Shown: positions 52,897 through 64,000 of the stretch, in pieces | Position numbering within the stretch: the stretch's first letter is position 1 | How the letters are laid out: each line of letters opens with the position of its first letter | Origin: Adineta vaga | Lineage: Eukaryota; Animalia; Rotifera | DNA length: 64,000 bases | Assembly (NCBI GenBank): GCA_021613535.1 | Contig: CP075495.1 | Location: 6,324,001 to 6,388,000, forward strand | Direction: 5' to 3' | The notes under the pieces: generated by a model | What the model was told of the DNA's origin: nothing | The model's input: the letters and a program-made list of their open reading frames with translations, nothing else | The model's database searches: none | Made by a program: the position numbers and the translations under genes

Positions 52897-55800
52897 ATGT
52901 ATTGAAAAATTAAAATTAACATCAAAGAAATTATTTTTTAGCTTAGTTACAGAAAAGATAGTCAATAGACAATGTATTACACTTTTCAAAAGATAAAATT
53001 TGTTTGCATTTAAGATATTCGATTCATTCTTATTGAATAGAAATTGAAAGGTTATATATTCGAATACAATGGATTATATTGTAACAAACATATTTTCTAT
53101 GTACACATATACATATGTCTTGATCAATAAATAGTTCAAACATCGTTGTATACACATCAGAGAATCAATTGTCTTCAACATATGAAGTAATTCAAGTTTG
53201 CTTACATAAGTTTGAATAGGAAACAAATAATCGAATCACAAATCTCTGTTATTCTTAAATTCAAATGAAACCTTGTTAATACAGATGCTTTGATATTTAA
53301 ATTTAATGTAAAGAGAAGAAAAAAAAACAACCATAAAAATTCTTCAAGAATTAATCTGATAATCTAAATGAATGATTGATAATTGAATATTTTAACACAC
53401 TATTGAATTGACTTTCGCTTTGATTGATATACTTGACAACGAAAAAGAAAAAGAAAAGATCTCTTTGTCTTTTGTAACCTAATCAGACTGTGTATATGTA
53501 GATCAATCAAGAAATCTCACTATTCTTGAGGGATAATAAAACAATTTATCCAGATGATGAGAAAAGACGACAGCAAACAATCATATTTTTTGTTCTGTAT
53601 ACAACATAGTATATTTATCTACTGTAAATGAGTGTCTCACACATTTGTATGATTATGTAGACTATGATTAAACAATTTCTATTTTAATCATAGACATTCA
53701 TTAGATCGTCTAATCTGTAACTTTTTACAAAAGAAAGTACTCTTGAAAACTATAATTTAAGATTTAATAAGTGGAAAAGAAAGAAAAAGAGATGTCCTTC
53801 ATATTTCAATATTAAATATCTTCATTTATTTCATAACAATCACTCAATACTTTTACCTTGCGGATAAAAAGCGAAACAAAATCAAAAAAACTTTCCTTAT
53901 TACAACAACTATTACATCATAGAGACATACACAATTAATTTACTTGTCTTTCGTTCTTTTACTTCTTCTCGCAAATCATCTGTTGTTGTTATTTGTGTAT
54001 ACATTGTCGTCGTTTGGAGATATAGAGAAAAGAATAGATCAGTTCTTGTTTAGCCAGGCATTAGGATAGGACGAGAAAGAGAGTGAGAAAGGGGGAGGGG
54101 AAAGATAGACTCTATTTGCGATTTCGTCGTTGTCTCTCGTGTACGAAAGAGCGTACAAGCACAAGCGTACATGCGCATATACATATTCTACACGGCTCGA
54201 AGAAAATGAAACCTTTTCCTTTTTTCTTGTCTCCCTTCTTTCTTTTTAACATGTGACGAGAAAAGATGGTAATACAGATGTGCTCTTTTGTCATCATCAC
54301 GTTTGACATCTCAGCTGGTCGAATTCAAGAATAAATGAAAGGTAATATTTCAGATTTTTTTCGATATTAAACAGAAAATGAAAGTGAATTGAAATAGAAA
54401 TGAAGGTGATTGTAAGAGAAAAACGTATAGATTAGAAGATTTGAAAATTTCTTTTCAAATAATGACAAAATTTATGTAGATATATGTATTCTCATAATCT
54501 ATGAATTTCGAAAAAAAAAGGAACGTATGAACATTTCTCATTGAATAACAATGATTACCGTTTGACAATTGAATGAACAGGTATTGCCATGTAAAACCAT
54601 TTCTCAATGTCAACTATATAAAAGTTTAATAAAGCTGAAAAAGAACGAATCGTACTTCTTTAAATACAATACTCATGAAAAAAAAATATTATAATATTTA
54701 CCATATTAGTGTGTCGTACACTTTTATAGGCATACATATACTTCCCGGAAGAAGAAATGTCGCCTTCTCTCAATTATTAACGCAACGAAGAGAAAGAAAT
54801 GCATGGTATATATATATAATATGCATATCCTTCCCGATTTTTTTCTTTCTTGCAAATCATTGCATCAAAATCGTGTGGGTCGTACTTTATACAGCACATA
54901 TCATCTCACCTACACCGCGATCAGCGTTTATACATCGTTCTTATTGTTCTATCTTTCTCATCGTATCTATTCACTAGCCTTAATCATATCTTGATTTCAA
55001 ATATTTAGATATGTCATATATTCTCTCGATGATCACAAATATAACATCAATGACTGAATAGGTACATATGCATATTTCAATCTAGTGTTTTGTGACGGTC
55101 ATCTCTATCTCATTTGATTTTTTACATTTCGATTTTATTTTATTTCTTACTCATCATCATACTCTTCGATTGAAATCAACAAGACGACATCGACGAGAAA
55201 AGTGTTAGCATTCTCGTTCTCTTTTTCTCTTTTTCTTCTTTTCTTCTTTTCTTTTGCCTTCTTCATCTTCATGTCTATTTCTTTTTCATTCGCATTAAAC
55301 TATATGTATATACGTTGAACTTTACTTTTTTTGACTATTCTATTTTATATATTGCACATTCAATGTGCAAGAAAGTATATTCTTTCAAGAGTATCAACAA
55401 CAATTATAATTGACTTTATAAAAAAAGAAAACAGAAACACTTCGATCAAAAAGCAAATAAATCTAGGAAAAAAAAGAAATGATTACAATGGCTATTCCTG
55501 GTATTACTATCTATGAAAATGAAACTGTTGACATAATTCATTGGCTTTATTCTACGATCGTGCATTATACATTACAAATTACTTGTCTTATTACTGTACG
55601 TATAATGAAAACCAAAAAAAATAAGAACAACATAGACTAATAATTTTACACTCAATAGAAAACAAAACCAAGTTCCTTTTTTAATTAGAAAACTATTGTT
55701 AGTTGTTTTTTCTTTATAAAAGTCATGCTTGCATGATTTATGTGAATAGTATACATGTTGACTGATTGTCATATGTTTCTTTCGCTACTATTCGTTTCGT

Positions 55801-56197
55801 TAGTGTATTTTGTATTTTTTTCTTTTTCTTGTTGATGATACGCGAACGAGCGCATAGAGGCTAGATGTTTGTTGTCTATACTGTCTGTCGTCATCGGCAT
55901 GTAGTAATGGTGGAAAAAAAAACGCGAGAACCTAGTAAACATACAGAAACGAAGAAAGAGAGAATTGGATGGAGTAAGAGAAAAAAAAATCAAGGCTATT
56001 CTATAACATTAGACGACAAGACGAATGTTACATACACGTTTAGGATCAAGTAGTAGGCGACTGAGATCTTGAAGGACAAACCTATTTTAACAACATCATA
56101 GATGTCAAAATAACGTGTGCACTTCTATGTTTACTTTTTTTCTTACAAACGTCTACAAAGTTAAATATATATCTTAACATTAGTTGTTAAGCACTGT

Positions 56198-56240
56198 TAC
56201 TACTACTACTACTACTATTATTATTATTATTATTATTATT
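56198..56240. repeat. (TAC)n-(TAT)n trinucleotide microsatellite
   Basis: Direct tandem repeat. Confidence 0.85.
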
Positions 56241-56681
56241 CTAAATTATTTTCATTAATTTTTTAAACACTACTTCCTATTTAAAACGAAGGATCTATCA
56301 TGCAATTTTATTCGTGTCCATATTCAAATGCTAACTACTGGGTGGGTACAATTCTTTGTTCGATTCAAGTATGCATTAACAGGCATAGGTGAACGAACGA
56401 GTTTTTGACGAGTCTATCTCTACACACGCACACACATATATACACATAACCATTCATATATTTATGTATATGCGTAGATCTATGGTTGTATATATGTATG
56501 TCCTACAAATAATTAACTATCGATGGTGAATCAGATAAAAACAATATGTTCATATATGTAAATTAAGTATATCAATTGATATTCTTTCTTCTTGACATAG
56601 GCCTTTCTCAATGTTCAACAATATAAGCAACAAGACCAACAGGCTGTCTCAACAACAACATCAACGACAACGCCTGCTGGC

Positions 56682-58210
56682 ATGAATGTAATGGGCCAAT
56701 TGCTTGATAAAGCTAAACGTGTTATTGTCATGAGAACTACTACAAGTGAAAAATCTCAACAAGATCAACAACAACAACAACAACAAACTCAGTCTCCATC
56801 AACACAATCAAATCCTTCTAAATCAATATTACCCATTCGTATTCAAGAACTTGAAGCTAAAATTGAAAATCGTCCAACAATAATTGATGAAAAAAGTTCC
56901 GCTGTATTAAAATATCGAACACCACATTTTCGGTATGAAAGAAAAGAATTTATCAAACTTGAAGAACAACAAAATATTTTTGTTTATGTCTTTTTCTTTT
57001 CTTTTGTCTAGAGCAACAGCAACAGTCAAATTTCCTCCATTAGGCGAAGGTGAACATTGGAAAGTTGGTTGGATTCAATCATGTACTCGTATGGATTTTT
57101 TCAATTCTTACGGCGATTCTGGTTATTCAAGTTGGGAATTTCCTCAACTAATGTCCGATCAAAATCCAATGATCTCTGATTCAGATGGACGTAATTATCC
57201 ATTTTATGGATCAAAATCAGAAGTGATTGAAATTCAAGGACCCTGTTCAGATTATACAACATTAAAAGTGCTTATGAACGATAATTTTTATCCTCATATT
57301 ACATGGGATATTCCTACAAGTAATGAACGTTTAGCGCGTTTAACAAGTGTTAAACGTCATCAAAGTTTTTATACATGGTTAGTAGCAATGAATGCTCGTA
57401 ATGGTTCAATTCTTGTACTTAAAACCATTAGTTGGCAAATGAATCTTGAGATTAGAATTGATCCAACAAAACCTCAAGGCTCACGTGCTACACTTGTTTC
57501 TGATCCAGTACCTGTTCAACCAGAAATACTAAAACAAAATATTCGAATACCAACATGTGTTCTGTATCCTCCAAATGTAAGTTCTCTTTTTATTATATTA
57601 TTCATTATAGGTAAATTTGACATTGATTGTCAATATAATCATCATTAGTTTCAGGGTTTTTATTTATGAGACTTGTTTTCTTTTCTTTTAGGCTAATAGT
57701 GCACAAATACTTGTTTGGCATCCAGGTTGTCGTCTCAATGAAACAAGTAAACGTCCTGAAATTGTTGTTCCACCAAGATGTATGTTCGTTTTATTACAAA
57801 ATCCATTCTATGCTAATCATATACGACACAAAACACATACATCAGTTCAAAATAAATTAAATGGTGGAAGTTCTTCATCCTCTTCATCTTCTTCCTCATC
57901 TCCATCGTCACCATTATCATCATCACCAACATCGTCACCAACATCATCTCCATCAACATTATCATCATCATCATCATCATCACCATCACCCACATCTTCA
58001 ATGTCATCATCGTCATCATCAGACACTAGGACCAATATGCCTCAAATATTGACAAATAAACCTTATTCTCGTGTTATATTTCCACAAGTTCCTGCTCCAA
58101 TATCACCAACATCAACATGTTCGATACCGCCTGGTAATCGTTGTTATAATGGTATGAAACAGATACTGCATAATCATGCAAGACTTGCTCAGGGTGTTAT
58201 GGTTCGGTAG
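56682..58210 (+). CDS. FAM78: FAM78 family protein with a Ser-rich C-terminal extension, 3 exons (possible further 5' exons)
   Basis: IIDEKSSAVLKYRTPHFRATA...WKVGWIQSC..MDFFNSYG..GYSSWEFPQL...ISDSDGRNYPFYG...MNDNFYPHITWDIP...QSFYTWLVAMN. Confidence 0.88.
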
Positions 58211-61200
58211 TCGATGTATCGCATATGTATAGATACAGGACAATATATATATATATAAATATAAATAGAGGCGGTGCATGTCTTTTTGGCTATTTTCAAC
58301 GTACAGTGAGAAGTTGAACGTTAACAAGTCTTTGACATTAAATTCAAAACTTTTGTTAATGTTCTTCTTGAGAAAAAAACAATGAGTGTCGACTTTTCTT
58401 TACTCATCTTAGTTTTTTTTTATTGCTTCTCGGCGATTTTTTTTCCGTATATATTCTTGTGTGTGCGTGTGTGTGTGTGTTTTTCCGAGGAGATAGAAGA
58501 AGAGCAGATAATTCGTTCAAGAAGGAAACCTGTGGTGCTATATGTTTATGTTCATTCTTTTAAATATATCTCGCTTGTTAAATATGATCTTTTCTATTAT
58601 TGCAAATAGAACACAACAAAATCAAAGTGTCATAGAAGTCATTTAAACAAAATCTAAAGGACATATCACGTTTTGATAACAAGTGAAAAAAGAGAAGGTG
58701 AATTGAAATGATATTAATATTTACAGAATACTGATGATATTTTATCAATGATATTTCATATGTTGATCTAATGTTATTTTTAAAAAGAATATCCTGAAGG
58801 ATACTTGATAATCTGAGAAAGACAAACGTTGAAGATTTTGACAAGGTTATTATGTTTACAAATGTAACAATTACTATTGAATAATATCTGATCATTCATA
58901 GATCAATCTATTCTTAATATTCAATAAAAGACATATTTATTGTCACATTTTTTTGATGATGATGATGATATTTTCTAAAAAATAAATGTAATATAATATC
59001 GAATATTTGATGAAAACTTTCTATTTTTGCATATGGCAAAATATTTCTGTCTAATAAAATGTTATATCACAAGATAAAGTTTCAATCATAATAATTAAAT
59101 AGAAAACTATCAAGGATTTTATCATGTAAAAATATCTTATTGTTTGTAAATAGAATCTTTACATATTTCTATTTATTCGTTTTTTCTTTCATTCAAATTT
59201 GTGTTTAGTTATATACACAATCAAGTTATTTGTCTAATGTCTTGGAAATGTTATATGCTAATTCCTACGTAGTACGATATGACAACAATGTGACATAGGA
59301 AAAACAACAACAGCGTCATAGCTGATGGAAATGGCAATTGCTTTTGAAAAAGAAAAACTTTATTATCTTAAAGATTAGATAAAGATAATTAATATCAAAT
59401 ATGAATAAACAGCAGTGCTGACAACATGAAACCTTCGTCGATCAATAATAATACATCAGATGCATTCCAAACATTATCTAGATATAACTACATAGTCCGA
59501 AAAATATTTACATTGTTTTTACTGTATTTTTGCCTATTAGTTATTAATAATAACTAATCTTCTATTTACAAGAGAAAATTCAATCAATTTGAAAATATCA
59601 GAGGAGAAGAACAACGTTGTTTAGTTTTATTCATAAATATGAAAGAATAAATAAATGATGACATAAAAACCGTCTGTTTCATTATTTAAATAGAAAGAAA
59701 TTAACATTTTTTTCTTTCCCCCTTTTTTTTATGATCAAAGCTGTCGTTAGAATAATCGTGTCATAAAAGAATATGATTGTATATTTAAGTTAACCATATG
59801 TTTACAGTTCTATCAAGAAAGAAGTAAACTCTTGTATTTGTCTACAGAGATGATTGATAAAGTTGTTTAATAGAAAGAAAAATGTTAAGAAGAAATCTCT
59901 GATGTTTTTGCTAAACTTTATCTTATAAATTAGGCGAACCCTGTGGAAAAAAAGAACATGTCTATCTATTAGAATATTTTTTGTAAAACGATAATTAAAT
60001 GAAGATAAATATGATAAAATAGAAGAATATAGTCGGAATATGTCCGATATATGGAATCGAAAGAAGAAAAACTGGAAAAAAAAGACAGATGTGATAAAAG
60101 GTCTTGATATGCATAAATACAGATGCACAAATCAAGGGTATAGCTGAGTTACAGTAAAGATATTGTTGATTAATGATTGTTGAATGTGTTACAGATAGAA
60201 ACTAGAAGGAAAAACCTTGCTTTATTAATTAAATATTTCAATCCATGACGCAGCGGCATCTCCTCATTTTTACCTATATTGGTCAAAACTACTACTTGAT
60301 TGGTATGTACAATCAATCGTTCTCGCATTGCATCGCATCGCTTTCTTTCATACACATATACACACGTATTATTTCTCCAATTCTTTTCTCTCTTCTTCTT
60401 CTTTCTCTTCTTTTCTTCTCCTCTCTAACTACTAAAAACAGTCAAAAGGCTAAATGGTACTCATCATCATCGGCAACATCCTGTTCTTTGTCTGTCTTTT
60501 CTCAAACATCTATGTGTATGTAATCATGAAAAATTATTTCTATTAGGTTTTCTTCTCTCGACTATTTTATTTGCAATATCAATACATATGTATATATACG
60601 TATGTGTATATCAGATACCAGTCGTGACCAGTCATTCATTCATTTGGAAGAGACATCAATATCAAATATAATGACTTTTGACCAATACATGCCTATGAAA
60701 TAGAAATAGTAGCAGCTGTTGTTATTCTTTCTTTTGTGAACAAATCTGATCACTAGTACTATTAAGTGTGTATAGACATTTTGTAGATGATGTTTGCTAA
60801 TAATAAGCTAAGAAGAGAGAAAAGATTTGATTATGTTTAGTTGATTCTGTTCGATATTTGCTAGTATAGAATAAGAAAAAAAGATTTATTTTTAGAAATG
60901 ATCAATAGTTGACAATTGTATATAATAAAAGAAGAACATTTATCTTCTCTTGGAGTACACTTTAGAATTGAAGAAGATTACATCATATCCATAATGACGA
61001 CAGAATGATGAAGTCAGACCTGTTTATGTTCATCTACTTTGTTATCTTTCTTTCTTTCTTGTACCAACAAATATATATACTGAAAAATCTTTCAACGCAT
61101 ACTAACTTTTCTTTTTCTAATTTTTGTATTTCTGTAACTGTAACTAAGTAGGTATATAAAATAACATCTTGTAAAGATTTCTCATGTAAAGACATGTGAA

Positions 61201-61881
61201 ACATATGATTACAATCAGCTGGAAGCACAATCATTGAGCTGTTAGAATTGAGATGAGAAACATGCATACATACGCGTGTATATAGATAACGATAGATAGA
61301 GCAATTGCTTTCCTAATAACATTATAACATGTGCATGCATGTGCGAAAATGAATGTAATTAAGAAAATCTCTTCTATTCTCATGTTAAATGAGTCAGTAA
61401 AAATCTCTTTTTAACATAATCTCAATTCTGCATTTTGATCCTTTCTATTCATTTGAGAATGAAAATATCCTCACGTTCAATGATTGTTATACTAACAAAT
61501 CTCTTTTTTTCTTCTCTTTCGCTCTCGCTCTCTCTCTTTCTCTCTTCTCTCTTGTGATTCTAATACATATATCTATCAAGAATAGACATAATCACATCTA
61601 GCCAGTACCAAAAAAAAGGGTAAAGTACTTTTTATATCCCCAATAATATCGCTCTCACATAGACGCACATATATATATAGCTATGCGTGAAAAAATGCCA
61701 TTGACTTCATCTGTCTTCTTCTTCTTCTTTCTCTCTCCCTCTCCCTCTCCCTCGTTTTCTTTTTATCTTTTAGCATAAACATTGAAGGCATCTGTGTCAC
61801 CTTTCATCTACCTGTGTGTGATGATCATTTTAGAATTGAATCTATTTGAATAGAATACGCTATGTCGATCGATAGTATTCG

Positions 61882-64000
61882 ATGGGCAATAAAAATTCGT
61901 CATCACATTTAACAAATCATCACAATTATCGTTCGATTCATCAACAAAAATCAACTAATTACATAACAAATAACGACGATATTAACAATAATTTTCCTAC
62001 ACCATCAGATCGAAATCTCAATAGTAAAAAGCATGGTCCATCACCTCGATTTCGTCGACGACATACACGACAAGTACATCTCGATAAGAAAACAAAACGA
62101 CCGCAAGTATGATTTATATTCTCAAATGATTTTAGTTGCGTTTACCTCTTGCGATCAATCTATATACTGAATATTGATAAAAAAAAGAATGACGAAGAAA
62201 TATTCTCCCTATGTACTATGCAATCTGTTTGTGACATAATATACGAGAAAATTGTTTCTAACAAAATGTAAATGACTACATTATGAAAAAGAATTTCAAA
62301 AGACAAAATTTAAATTTCCAGTTTTGAAATTAAAGAAAAGACAAACAAATATAATTGAAAAGATTCATTGTGCCTTAATAAATACAGTTATGAAACATAT
62401 TGTGGCAATTGAAATTCTAAGTATTCGGTTAGTTAATAATTTTAAAATATACTTTATACATTCTCTCACTCACTCTCTCTCGCTCCGTATCTCGAAGTTT
62501 TCGTTGATAAGTGTTTATTTTGATATGTCACTCATAAAACACGGTGCCATTTGTTATTTGTGAAGTGATAATCAATTGAAAAGGCTTCGTAGTCGTCATC
62601 AGAAAAAATGTAAATAAACACTTTCTATCTCCTTCTTTCTCAGATGTTGATTGAATAAACTTAAAATGAATTATTACATCAGACGTTTTTCTTTTGCTTT
62701 TGTATCTAGACGGTTTCATCCTATCTCAATGTTAGTCTTCAATCAATTGGTGGTCGAACACTTAGTTTATTCTCTCGTAGTTTTAATTTTCTTCATCCAA
62801 CATTGTCATCATCGTCTCCAATCGACACTCTTGAAACGACTCGTCCTGAATCACCATTAACTAATGGCAATCATCAAGAATATAACCTCGGGTCACACTC
62901 AGGTGTCTATAAAAATCAATCACGTCGAAAATATCAAACATCATCTTTAAGAAATCCCTATCGACGTTCGAGTACAAATTTTCCTGTTCATGGACATGAA
63001 GCACTTTTCTTACCGGAATTTTCTATTAAAGGAAAAATAACTGAAGCTGATTTTGAAGTAATACAAATAAACATAATCGAAATTCTTTTAAAATACTTTT
63101 CTTCATACGCTATTATCTAGGTTATTGGAATTATAGCTCGTGGTGCTTTTGGAAATGTGATACAAGTATGTTCGATACATGACAAACAAATCTATGCAAT
63201 GAAAATTATGAGTAAATCACAAATTGTGAAAGATAATGCTGTTCAACAAGTCAAAGGTAATAATTCTTCTTGTTGTTTTAAAGAATTCGATTGAAATTGA
63301 TAGAAAAAAGAAAAGAAAAATTCAAAATCTATTTCAGAAGTATCCATTAAAATCATGAGGTTTGTTGTGCATTGTAGTCAGATCTATTTCTTTTCAATTA
63401 ATATACGATGCTTTCTAGTTCATCTATTTATCGATCTTAGCTATTGCTTACAATTAGAAAGTTAAAAAAAAAAATTTCTCTGATAAACTAAATTGATCGA
63501 ACGTTTATAATGAAATCAATTATTGACTGAGTATCATATTTCTATAGTAATGATTCTTTATGTCATTTTAATATATTCAACATAAACACACTTAAACTTG
63601 TCACATCTGACAACTTCATTTAATCTTAATTATAAATAGAAAGAGAAAAACTCGCGTTTTGTTTCGATGTCGAATAAGTGATAACATGTGATGATCTAAA
63701 GTAAATATTTTTTATTGATTATCTTTGTTTTGTAGACGAAGTAACAATCGCACAATCCTGTCTTTCCTATCCTTTTATTGTTCATACACATTATTATTGG
63801 CAATCTCGTCGTTATTTATATATAATTACTGATTATGTTGAAAATGGTGAATTATTATCTTTATGGTTACGTATACGTCGTTTTCCTCAATTAATTGTTC
63901 AAATTTATATTGCACAAGTTGCGATGGTGCTTGATTATTTACACAGTAAAGGTATTATTTATCGCGATGTCAAAATGGAAAATATTCTTTTGGATGAAAA
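61882..64000 (+). CDS. AGC-group Ser/Thr kinase, SGK494/RSKR-like, possibly N-myristoylated; truncated by the window end
   Basis: MGNKNSS start, LFLPEF pre-kinase motif, IARGAFGNV, YAMKIMSK, QQVKDEVTI, YWQSRRYLYI and YLHSKGIIYRDVKMENILLD. Confidence 0.85.

Noticed and set aside
57813-58052. Poly-Asp, poly-Met and poly-His ORFs
   Set aside because: Alternative-frame shadows of the (TCA)n Ser-rich FAM78 tail.
53000-61800. Many 60-110 aa F/I/L/K-rich ORFs in non-coding stretches (also 12700-16700 and 32295-32666)
   Set aside because: Expected by chance in AT-rich low-complexity DNA; no domains or splice-consistent structure.

Overview
AT-rich, intron-containing animal genomic DNA. The short GT-AG introns (~55-100 nt), compact gene spacing and a bacterial-type gene with a spliceosomal intron suggest a bdelloid rotifer (inference). 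About 17 host protein genes are present: a Cys-rich repeat protein, a very divergent large lipid transfer protein, a class A GPCR, a GH20 hexosaminidase, PLAC8/cornifelin, a small membrane protein, an Id/emc-like HLH microprotein, SPATA7, YAP/Yorkie, PEX7, a LicD-family transferase, a claudin/PMP22-like protein, RPS4, YTHDC1, an orphan membrane protein, FAM78 and a truncated SGK494/RSKR-like kinase. There is also one full-length 3.4-kb DNA transposon (48800-52222) with TTAA flanks, perfect 17-bp GC-rich TIRs and a DDE transposase of Kolobok type. The highlights are this transposon (single gene, +1 shift at AAA-AAA-TGA, stop-free intron, internal inverted repeat, possible YTHDC1 3'UTR insertion), the apparently horizontally acquired and membrane-anchored GH20, an unfamiliar 10-Cys repeat module, and a frame-switching YAP micro-exon. 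All family assignments come from motif recognition by eye; no searches were run.
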